From Solirubrobacterales bacterium (GTDB lineage Bacteria > Bacillota > Syntrophomonadia > Syntrophomonadales > DTU052), in NCBI GenBank assembly GCA_050258755.1, contig JBLMZI010000001.1, positions 73,833-137,832 on the forward strand: a stretch of 64,000 nucleotides of DNA. Direction: 5' to 3'. The first letter of the stretch is position 1; every line of letters begins with the position of its first letter. The notes under the pieces were generated by a model. That model did no database searches. It was not told the origin of the DNA and worked only from the letters and a program-made list of their open reading frames with translations. This document shows positions 38,659 through 45,956 of the stretch, piece by piece. The position numbers were made by a program, and so were the translations under genes.

Positions 38659-39138
38659 ATGTTCAAAAAGTATTTTTGGATTAATCTTGGTATCATCATT
38701 ATTCATTATGCATTGTGTCGGATTGTTCTATTTGTTTTCGAATCAATCGCGCTGCATCGATGGATTACAGTCTATACCACCGAGGAGCTTATCGGTTATT
38801 ATTGGATTTTGACAGTGCTCGTTATAATGGCATATTGCGTTGTGGGCTTCTGTTTAACCGGGCAAGATTCGATAAATATTAGGTTATCATCGTTATTCTT
38901 ATTAACCGTTTTCTTAGTATTAGGTTGGTTTAGTAAAGCGATGTATGGATTATCCGACTTCGATTTCTTTTGGCATTTTAATTTCTCATTCTTTCCATTA
39001 TGGTACTTGAATGACTGCAATCAACGAATTAGCTTCATTCTCCAGTTATTACCCACCATATGCATGACTTTGGGTGTTGTCTTGTCAAAGACAGCAGTAC
39101 GATGGCAACCAAAGGAACAGCAGACCATAAGCGAATAG
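38659..39138 (+). CDS. AT-rich orphan gene for a small polytopic membrane protein (about 4-5 TM segments)
   Basis: MFKKYFWINLGIIIIHYALCRIVLFVFESIAL... (159 aa). Composition shifts abruptly to AT-rich at about 38650. The ORF formally opens at 38419, but that part is GC-rich Arg/Gly/Pro noise. Confidence 0.6.
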   Translation: MFKKYFWINLGIIIIHYALCRIVLFVFESIALHRWITVYTTEELIGYYWILTVLVIMAYCVVGFCLTGQDSINIRLSSLFLLTVFLVLGWFSKAMYGLSDFDFFWHFNFSFFPLWYLNDCNQRISFILQLLPTICMTLGVVLSKTAVRWQPKEQQTISE

Positions 39139-39164
39139 AGATTATTAGCGTACATTAAGCCCGA

Positions 39165-39194
39165 AAAAGGGGAAGCACACTGCTTCCTTTTTTC
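39165..39194 (+). terminator. Rho-independent terminator of the AT-rich gene
   Basis: GGAAGCA-cac-TGCTTCC (39171..39187) followed by TTTTTT. The A-run upstream makes it potentially bidirectional. Confidence 0.7.
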
Positions 39195-39317
39195 ACTGAC
39201 CATATTCCGTTTCAAACGGATATAATAGGCGATCAAGCGTCATGGAGCTGCAGGCTCCTACATTCCGGGGCGGGCGGGTCATAATCCAAAAGACATTGAG
39301 TGACCAACCGGCATTCT

Positions 39318-39546
39318 GGCGCGGGGCAAGGGGACAGGCAGCGGGAGCCCGTTGAGGCGGCGCCGTCCATACATCCCGGCGAAGCTGAGGGGTAATTGCG
39401 GGTTCTGCTCGGCATGGATGCCGAGCACCTGGGACCGGGCACGGAGGCCCGGTGTCCCAGGTTGGTTCCGCAATCCCGAAAGCAAGCCTTGGATGTATAG
39501 GCGACGACTCGTAGGGCGCCCACTGCCTGTCCCCTTGCCCCGCGCC
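39318..39546. repeat. 229-bp GC-rich hyper-palindromic element bounded by a perfect 24-bp inverted repeat
   Basis: GGCGCGGGGCAAGGGGACAGGCAG (39318..39341) is the exact reverse complement of 39523..39546. Complementarity continues inward: 39361..39376 with 39491..39506, and 39395..39401 with 39468..39474. The centre holds two perfect hairpins, at 39407..39426 and 39428..39461. Confidence 0.8.
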
Positions 39547-39687
39547 TCCCCCGGTAGCTCACTTGACCTGCTTAATCCAATTAGCGTGCAATCCTTACGC
39601 GAGCTGCGGATGTATAGGCGAGAAGTCGTGGCCCGCCAGAGCGCTCGCTTGACCTCCGCCCACCGATAGCCCGCTCGCACCACAACG

Positions 39688-39722
39688 CCAAAAAAGAAGC
39701 CCGAGGCTGGCGGCCCCGGGCG
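39688..39722 (-). terminator. Rho-independent terminator of CoA-transferase copy 1
   Basis: On the minus strand, GCCCGGGG-ccgccag-CCTCGGGC is followed by TTCTTTTTT. Confidence 0.75.
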
Positions 39723-39759
39723 CAGGTTGCTCTAAGGCGAGAGTTTGGAACAGGCTTGA

Positions 39760-41094
39760 TCAGTCGATCCAGAACCGCTTGGCCTGAGCTGCCAGGTCCT
39801 CGCGGAAATCCGGATCTGCAATATTGATTAGCTCTTTGATTCGCTGGGAGACGCTTTTAAACCGCAGATTGGCCACACCGAATTCGGTGACCACATACTC
39901 GACCTCCGAGCGCGGTGTGGTGACAATTGTTCCCGGAGGCATAAACGGAACAATGGATGACATTTTTTTGCCTTCTTTGTTGCTCCAGGTGGCATTGAGC
40001 GCGATGATGCTTTTGCCGCCTTTGGACAGGGCCGCACCCTGGACGAAATTCATCTGGCCGCCGGTGCCGCTGTACTGACGGTGGCGGATCGATTCGGCGC
40101 CGACCTGTCCGGTCAGGTCCAGAATCAAGGCATTGTTGACCGAGATCAGGTTGTCGTTCTGGCCGATAATCCGTGGATCATTGTTCCACTCCACTTCGGT
40201 GAACATAAAATCCTCATTGTGGTCGACGAAGTCCCATAGTTCCTTGTCGCCGACGCAGAAAGTGGCATTGACCTTGCCTGGATTGAAGTTTTTCTTCGAG
40301 CCGTTGATAACGCCCAGTTTCATCAATTCCATGAACGATTTCTGGATGACCTCGGTGTGAGCCCCGAGATCTTTCTTATCATGCAGAAAGTAGCCGATCG
40401 CGTCAGCCAGACCGCCCAAGCCCAGCTGAATGGTCGAACCGTCCGGGATCATGTCCGCGATATAATGGGCGATCTTCCGTTCAACCTCGGTGATCGGAAT
40501 CCCGGGGATTTCCGTCGGATCGGAATCGCTTTCGCAGAGGTAGTCGATTTCGGAAATATGGATCTTGAAAGCATCTCCGACCAGCCAGGGCGATTTGGGA
40601 TTGACCTCCACAATGACCAGTTCCGAATTATCGATTGCGCGCTTGGGCATCAGACCGCCGAAGCTCGACCGGTTCAGCCAGCCGTTTTCGTCGGGCGGCG
40701 TGCAGACAAAGGTTGCGACCCGGCCCCGCTTCTGATCCATCCAGGCGCCGAGTTTGTTCAGGTGAGTCGGGATGTAGCTTGCCGTTCCCCATTCCAGGCA
40801 CATTCGTTCCACCGGACCGACGAACGGGGTCTCGATCCGGATGTTCTCTTTATACTGCGGCTGCATAAAATCGTACAGTTTCAGGGCCAGGCCCAGGCAA
40901 ATCGTGACCCCCTTCAATTCGGTGGCCCGGTTAGCCAGAGCGATATTGAACTCGTGGGGAATTGTGGTGCCGCCCGGCATCATAATCGTGTCGCCGCTGT
41001 TGATCATGGCGGCCAGATCAGCCGGACTCCGCAGCTTGGCCTGGTACTCCTCCTGAACCGAGCCATACTTTTTCGCATTTTGAACTGTCCGCAT
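39760..41094 (-). CDS. Acetyl-CoA hydrolase/transferase-family CoA-transferase (4-hydroxybutyrate / short-chain acyl CoA-transferase-like), copy 1
   Basis: 444-aa ORF with family-typical segments such as GDTIMMPGGTTIP, GSTIQLGLGGLADAIG, QYSGTGGQMNFVQGA and VVTEFGVANLR. GGGAGGG forms the RBS. Confidence 0.9.
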   Translation of the reverse strand: MRTVQNAKKYGSVQEEYQAKLRSPADLAAMINSGDTIMMPGGTTIPHEFNIALANRATELKGVTICLGLALKLYDFMQPQYKENIRIETPFVGPVERMCLEWGTASYIPTHLNKLGAWMDQKRGRVATFVCTPPDENGWLNRSSFGGLMPKRAIDNSELVIVEVNPKSPWLVGDAFKIHISEIDYLCESDSDPTEIPGIPITEVERKIAHYIADMIPDGSTIQLGLGGLADAIGYFLHDKKDLGAHTEVIQKSFMELMKLGVINGSKKNFNPGKVNATFCVGDKELWDFVDHNEDFMFTEVEWNNDPRIIGQNDNLISVNNALILDLTGQVGAESIRHRQYSGTGGQMNFVQGAALSKGGKSIIALNATWSNKEGKKMSSIVPFMPPGTIVTTPRSEVEYVVTEFGVANLRFKSVSQRIKELINIADPDFREDLAAQAKRFWID

Positions 41095-41136
41095 GATGAA
41101 ACCCTCCCTAAGAATTCAGACTATACTAAATATTTC

Positions 41137-41152
41137 TGCAATAATCGTGCCA
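41137..41152 (-). promoter_or_regulatory. Sigma-54 (-24/-12) promoter of CoA-transferase copy 1
   Basis: The minus strand reads TGGCACGATTATTGCA, exact TGGCAC-N5-TTGCA geometry, 42 nt upstream of the ATG. Confidence 0.85.
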
Positions 41153-41214
41153 GGTTGGGCGGGGCGGAAAAGGCGGGTTTTTCCGGGTTTTTGTTTTGGC
41201 GAATTTTGACCTTC

Positions 41215-41320
41215 TGTCCGGGAATTCGGACACAGGATTCCATATACCGGGGATGAAGCGTGCATTACGGCGGACGGGTAGGGTGTCCGGGGAATTGGAC
41301 ATTGTCCGGGAAAATGGACA
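41215..41320 (-). promoter_or_regulatory. Enhancer (UAS) array: three TGTCC-N8-GGACA dyads
   Basis: TGTCCGGGAATTCGGACA (41215..41232), TGTCCGGGGAATTGGACA (41284..41301) and TGTCCGGGAAAATGGACA (41303..41320). Confidence 0.7.
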
Positions 41321-41509
41321 CAGCTGCGGGCAGCGCGGGGAAAGCCGCCCTTGGATAAAGAAACACAGAGGACAGCTGATAATATAAGAACAAGGTTTAT
41401 CGGAAAGCCTAATGACCACCGATTAGCCTTGTTCTTACAGTATCAGCCGCCCCCATTCACCATTGGCGCTTGTCCCGTTGTCCTGGGCTGACGGATGAGC
41501 GGGAGTATG

Positions 41510-42262
41510 CTATTTGTTATCTGGTTTCCGAAAAAGAACCAGTTCGTGCAAATACTTAACATCGGAAAAAAGCAGGGTATCCTCAGCCTTACCAATGTGA
41601 AAGGGGTAAATGCATTCCTTTTGCCAGCTCAATTCCAGCGGGTTATCCGTGAAGCAGCCATGAATCGCCAATGTTTCGAAGTCCTTGAACAGATCCATAA
41701 TTTGCTCGCGCCTATACCCGCGCGTGCTGTGCGCAATGGGCGATTTATCCACATTCAATCGTTCTGTGGTGTAATACAGGAATAGCATCCCGCCTGGTTT
41801 CAGCACGCGATAAAACTCCGCCGCCATTCGGCCTACCAGTTCGTCATCCATGACATGAATGATGACACCCATGTTTAACATAATATCAATGCTCGCGTCC
41901 TCCAGCGGGATGTTGTCGCCGAAAGCGCAAAGAAAGTTGACGCTGGCCGGAGATAAACCTTTCGCTGTGGATAAAACCCGTTCGGAGATGTCGATGGCAT
42001 AAATGTTTGCCGGGTTGGCACCCCATTCAATGAAAGGCCGGAACCGGCTGCCGTCACCGCAGCCGACATCGGCAATTTTCAGATCGGCTAAGCACGGTAT
42101 TTCCTGATTGATCAGGTGGGTCAGCATCAGTCTTTCCATCATTTTTCGGTGAATGAAATAGGGGAGGACCTGCTTCAGCGAAAGAGTGTTTCCCGGGCTA
42201 TAGTCGGCAAAATCGGTTTAATACCAATTGAAGAATTGTTTCAACCTCTGTTTTTCGTCCAT
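41510..42262 (-). pseudogene. Class I SAM-dependent methyltransferase interrupted by an in-frame TAA at codon 15 (or N-terminally truncated, restarting at 42142)
   Basis: ATG at 42262 lies 5 nt after GGGAG and gives MDEKQRLKQFFNWY, then TAA (42220..42218). The same frame continues TDFADYSPGNTLSLKQVLPYFIHRKMMERLMLTHLINQ...IADVGCGDG...LKPGGMLFL. The ORF track lists only 41510..42142. Confidence 0.6.
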
Positions 42263-42486
42263 TAAAGCTCCCTACGCGCATATTCTTCATAAGTTATCGG
42301 GAACTATTCGCAGATTCTTGAGAGAGACAAGCTGGGAACGGGGGTACGGTTTGAAGTGAACTCTCCAAAATAGACACCATGCGGACGCTTTCAGGCTGTT
42401 ACGAAGACTGATGTTTTGTGACGAACCGTTCGCTCTGCTTCCTTGTTCCGGCGGCTCACGCCATCCACCCAGCCGAAGCCATTCCC

Positions 42487-42520
42487 CCAAAAAAGAGGCC
42501 CGAGGTTGGGGCCTCGGGCG
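42487..42520 (-). terminator. Rho-independent terminator of CoA-transferase copy 2
   Basis: GCCCGAGG (42498..42505) pairs perfectly with CCTCGGGC (42512..42519). The minus-strand T-run is at 42495..42489. Confidence 0.8.
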
Positions 42521-42558
42521 CAGGACATTTTATGGCGAGAGTTGGTGTTAGGCTCTGA

Positions 42559-43893
42559 TCAGTCGATCCAGAAGCGCTTGGCCTGAGCTTTCAGGTCCTC
42601 GCGGAAATCCGGATGGGCGATGTTGATGAGTTCCTTGACCCGCTGGGAAACGTTCTTGAACCGCAGATTGGCCACGCCGAACTCGGTAACCACGTATTCG
42701 ACCTCCGAACGTGGGGTGGTGACGATGGTTCCCGGCGGCATAAACGGCACGATAGACGACATCAATTTGTCTTTTTTCCCTTTCCAGGTGGCGTTAAGCG
42801 CGATGATGCTCTTGCCGCCCTTGGACAACCCAGCTCCCTGAACGAAGTTCATTTGGCCGCCGGTGCCGCTGTATTGGCGGTGGCGGATCGATTCGGCGCC
42901 GACCTGGCCGGTCAGATCCAGAATCAGGGCATTGTTGACCGAGACCAGATTGTCATTCTGGCCGATGACTCGGGGATCGTTATTGTATTCGACCTCGGTG
43001 AAAATGAATTCATCATTATGATCCACGAAATCCCACAGTTCCTTGTCGCCGACGCAGAAGGTGGCCATGACTTTACCGGGATTGAAGTTTTTCTTCGAGC
43101 CGTTGACCACGCCCAGTTTCATGAGTTCCATAAACGATTTCTGCACGACCTCGGTATGGACGCCGAGGTCTTTCTTGTCTTTGAGGAAATAGCCGATCGC
43201 ATCGGCCAGGCCGCCCAAGCCAAGCTGTATAGTGGAACCGTCCGGGATCATATCCGCAATATAATGGGCGATCTGCCGCTCGACATCGGTGATCGGAATG
43301 CCCGGGATTTCCGTGGGGTCGGAATTGCTTTCACAGAGGTAATCAATCTCTGAAATATGAATTTTGAAGGCGTCGCCATTGAGCCAGGGGGATTTTGGAT
43401 TGATTTCGACGATGACCAGATCCGAACGGTCGATCGCGCGCTTGGGCATCAGGCCGCCGAACGCGGAGCGGTTCAGCCAGCCATTTTCATCAGGCGGTGT
43501 GCAGACAAAGGTTGCGACCCGGCCTTGCTTTTGGTCCATCCACGCGCCAAGTTTATTGAGATGGGTCGGGATATAAGCGGCGGTGCCCCATTCCAGCCCC
43601 ATTCGTTCCACCGGACCGACAAAAGGCGTTTCAATCCGGATATTATCCTTGTACTCCGGCTGCATGAAGTCGTACAGCTTCAAGGCCAGACCCAGGCAAA
43701 TGGTAACATCCTTCAGTTCAGACGCCCGCTTCGCCAGGGAGAGATTGAATTCGTGCGGGATGGTTGTGCCGCCCGGCATCATAATGGTGTCGCCGCTGTT
43801 GATCATGGCGGCCAGCTCGTCCGGGTGCCGCAGTTTCGCCTGGTATTCCTCCTGAATCGAACCGTACTTTTTCGCATTTGGAATTACGCGCAC
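42559..43893 (-). CDS. Acetyl-CoA hydrolase/transferase-family CoA-transferase, copy 2
   Basis: 444-aa ORF with a GTG start 7 nt after GGGGAGG. It is collinear with copy 1, with about 46 substitutions and no indels by hand count. Confidence 0.9.
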   Translation of the reverse strand: MRVIPNAKKYGSIQEEYQAKLRHPDELAAMINSGDTIMMPGGTTIPHEFNLSLAKRASELKDVTICLGLALKLYDFMQPEYKDNIRIETPFVGPVERMGLEWGTAAYIPTHLNKLGAWMDQKQGRVATFVCTPPDENGWLNRSAFGGLMPKRAIDRSDLVIVEINPKSPWLNGDAFKIHISEIDYLCESNSDPTEIPGIPITDVERQIAHYIADMIPDGSTIQLGLGGLADAIGYFLKDKKDLGVHTEVVQKSFMELMKLGVVNGSKKNFNPGKVMATFCVGDKELWDFVDHNDEFIFTEVEYNNDPRVIGQNDNLVSVNNALILDLTGQVGAESIRHRQYSGTGGQMNFVQGAGLSKGGKSIIALNATWKGKKDKLMSSIVPFMPPGTIVTTPRSEVEYVVTEFGVANLRFKNVSQRVKELINIAHPDFREDLKAQAKRFWID

Positions 43894-43930
43894 GTTGAGA
43901 CCTCCCCAAATCGATTTTGAATCCTATTAG

Positions 43931-43946
43931 TGCAAGATTTGTGCCA
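43931..43946 (-). promoter_or_regulatory. Sigma-54 (-24/-12) promoter of CoA-transferase copy 2
   Basis: The minus strand reads TGGCACAAATCTTGCA, 37 nt upstream of the GTG. Confidence 0.85.
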
Positions 43947-44008
43947 GGTTTGAAAGATAGGAGAAACGCGGTATGAGCGCGTTTTGAAACGGGTGAAAAG
44001 GATGAGGG

Positions 44009-44112
44009 TGTCCGGGATAATGGACAGAAAGATTGAATTGAGGGAATAATCGTACGGTTAAGCGAACAATAGGCCTGTCCGGGAAAATGCACACTGTCCT
44101 GAAAAATGGACA
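44009..44112 (-). promoter_or_regulatory. Enhancer (UAS) array: three TGTCC-N8-GGACA-type dyads
   Basis: TGTCCGGGATAATGGACA (44009..44026), TGTCCGGGAAAATGCACA (44076..44093) and TGTCCTGAAAAATGGACA (44095..44112). The spacing relative to -24 matches copy 1. Confidence 0.7.
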
Positions 44113-44147
44113 CTGCCCGCACGGTTGACTGGAACCGGTGTGATTGA

Positions 44148-44402
44148 TTGGCAGTGATAAACCCGGGCGCCGAGTACCGAACCGCCATCTTCAAGGTACA
44201 GGTCATCGAACCGGCTTCGCTGGACTTATCGGCTTACGACCTTGATTGGACGGTGGTTTACAACAATGGAAAACCAACCGACGATGATATCTACGGGGCG
44301 AAGGATTCGAATGAAATTGTCGTCGTCGTCAACAAAGGGGACTGGCCGCGTCTGGTGCTGGACTATGGGGAGGGGACCGAAGTCTGGTTTGATCTGCAGT
44401 AG
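44148..44402 (+). CDS. Hypothetical 84-aa ORF, possibly a C-terminal gene remnant
   Basis: The composition looks protein-like (...DLDWTVVYNNGKPTDDDIYGAKDSNEIVVVVNKGDWPRLVLDYGEGTEVWFDLQ). However, the only start is TTG, there is no RBS, and there is no internal Met. Confidence 0.3.
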   Translation: MAVINPGAEYRTAIFKVQVIEPASLDLSAYDLDWTVVYNNGKPTDDDIYGAKDSNEIVVVVNKGDWPRLVLDYGEGTEVWFDLQ

Positions 44403-44438
44403 CCAGGACAGCTGACATCATCCTGCTGTAAAAATAGC

Positions 44439-44466
44439 GAAGACAAGGGCATCGGCCCTTGTCTTC
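44439..44466. terminator. Bidirectional hairpin terminator
   Basis: GAAGACAAGGGC-atcg-GCCCTTGTCTTC is a perfect 12-bp stem with T-rich tails on both strands. Confidence 0.75.
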
Positions 44467-44492
44467 GGTCGTTTCTGGTTGTTTCTCTACGC

Positions 44493-45941
44493 TTACTCGG
44501 TGATGCCCAGTTCCGCCATTTTCGTGTACAAAGCCGAGCGGCTGATATTCAAGAGTTTCGCGGCAGCCAGGCGGTTGCCCTCACTGGCCTGCAGGGCGCG
44601 CAGGATGGTTGCCTTTTCGGCTTCGCGCCGGGCGGCTTTCAGGTCGAACCCGGCATAACCATACGCTTTGGCGAATTTACTTTTCGCGATGCCGGTGAAG
44701 CGCAGCAGATTGTGGTTTGAGATCATGCCCTCCTGGGTGTCGATGCAGGCGCGCTCCATCACGGTGTAGAATTCGCGGATATTGCCGGGCCAGTGATAGC
44801 TGGTTAACAGGTCGTAGGCTTCCGGAGTGACCCCTTCGATATGGGTGCCGTTTTCGCGATTGTGCACCTCGATAAAGTGCTGGCACAGCAGCGGGATATC
44901 TTCGACCCGTTCCCGCAGCGGGGGGAGGTAGATGGTAAACACGTTCAGCCGGAACAGCAGGTCTTTTCGGAAGACGCCCTGGGCCACCAGGGGATTCAAC
45001 GGCACGTTGGTCGCGGAAATAATACGGACATCGACCGGGACCAGCCGGGTAGAGCCGACCCGTTCGATTTCGTTTTCCTGCAAGGCCCGCAAGAGCTTCG
45101 CCTGAGCGGTTCTCGACAAATCGCTGATTTCGTCCAGAAAGAGGCTGCCTCTATCGGCCAGCTCGAATTTCCCCGGTTTCCCCCCCTTGCGGGCACCAGT
45201 AAACGCGCCTTCCTCGTAGCCGAACAGTTCGGATTCGATCAGCGTGTCCGGTATCCCGGCGCAGTTGACCCGCACGAACGGACCGTCATGGCGCGTGCTT
45301 TCCTGGTGAATCGCATGAGCGACCAGTTCCTTGCCGGTCCCGGTGTCGCCGATAATCAGAACCGGGATGTTGGACGCGGAGATCATTTTGATCCGTTCCT
45401 TGGCCTCCCGAATACCTTCGCTTTCGCCGATGATGGAGGCGACCGAGTAGCGGGCGCCGGAAAGCTCGCGGACCTGCTGCTTGTAATATTTGAGCTCGCT
45501 GAAGGTTTTCCGCAGACGGTCGGCGAATTCCTCGGCCTCTTTCTGGTAGCGGAACAGGCTGAAACCGACCGCGCCAATCACCTGGCCGTCACTGATGATC
45601 GGAATCCGGGAAACGAAGCGGGATTTGCCATTGAGCTCCCACAGTTCGGCAATAATCGGCTTTCCCGTCTTAACCACTTCGAGCATGCGGGTGCCGGGGA
45701 AAACCTCTTCAATCCGCCGGCCGATAACGGTTTCCCGCTTGAGACCCGATTCCCGCTCGTAGTGTTCGGTGTAAACCCGGACGATCCCCTCTTCATCAAT
45801 GATAATCGCGCCTTCGATGCCGGCGAATAGGGTCTCCAACATTTCCAGTTCACGCGGGGTCAAATCCCGCAGCCGAATCATCCTCATCACCCCGATTCGA
45901 CCGGCATTACGAGCCGGCATTCCAACCGTTTCTTTCAGCAT
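44493..45941 (-). CDS. Sigma-54-dependent transcriptional activator (PAS sensor, AAA+ sigma-54 interaction domain, Fis-type HTH)
   Basis: Walker A reads GDTGTGKE and the signature loop ESELFGYEEGAFTGA. Further elements are RVDVRIISATN and the C-terminal HTH GNRLAAAKLLNISRSALYTKM. The N-terminal part is a PAS-like domain. The start codon is uncertain (alternative at about 45887). Confidence 0.9.
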   Translation of the reverse strand: MLKETVGMPARNAGRIGVMRMIRLRDLTPRELEMLETLFAGIEGAIIIDEEGIVRVYTEHYERESGLKRETVIGRRIEEVFPGTRMLEVVKTGKPIIAELWELNGKSRFVSRIPIISDGQVIGAVGFSLFRYQKEAEEFADRLRKTFSELKYYKQQVRELSGARYSVASIIGESEGIREAKERIKMISASNIPVLIIGDTGTGKELVAHAIHQESTRHDGPFVRVNCAGIPDTLIESELFGYEEGAFTGARKGGKPGKFELADRGSLFLDEISDLSRTAQAKLLRALQENEIERVGSTRLVPVDVRIISATNVPLNPLVAQGVFRKDLLFRLNVFTIYLPPLRERVEDIPLLCQHFIEVHNRENGTHIEGVTPEAYDLLTSYHWPGNIREFYTVMERACIDTQEGMISNHNLLRFTGIAKSKFAKAYGYAGFDLKAARREAEKATILRALQASEGNRLAAAKLLNISRSALYTKMAELGITE

Positions 45942-45956
45942 TGCAGCAGCGTTGGT

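Noticed and set aside
39233-39683. ORFs 39233..39562 (-), 39279..39683 (-) and 39352..39669 (+)
   Set aside because: They lie in the palindromic GC-rich element. Their Arg/Pro/Gly-rich products mirror each other because of the inverted repeat, and they have no RBS.
40357-43920. Plus-strand ORFs 40357..41256 (299 aa), 42613..43353 (246 aa) and 43357..43920 (187 aa)
   Set aside because: They are antisense to the two CoA-transferase genes, and their composition is Arg/Gly/Asp/His-rich.
44841-45830. 329-aa plus ORF
   Set aside because: It is antisense to the sigma-54 activator gene, which has an unambiguous Walker A, a GAFTGA loop and an HTH.
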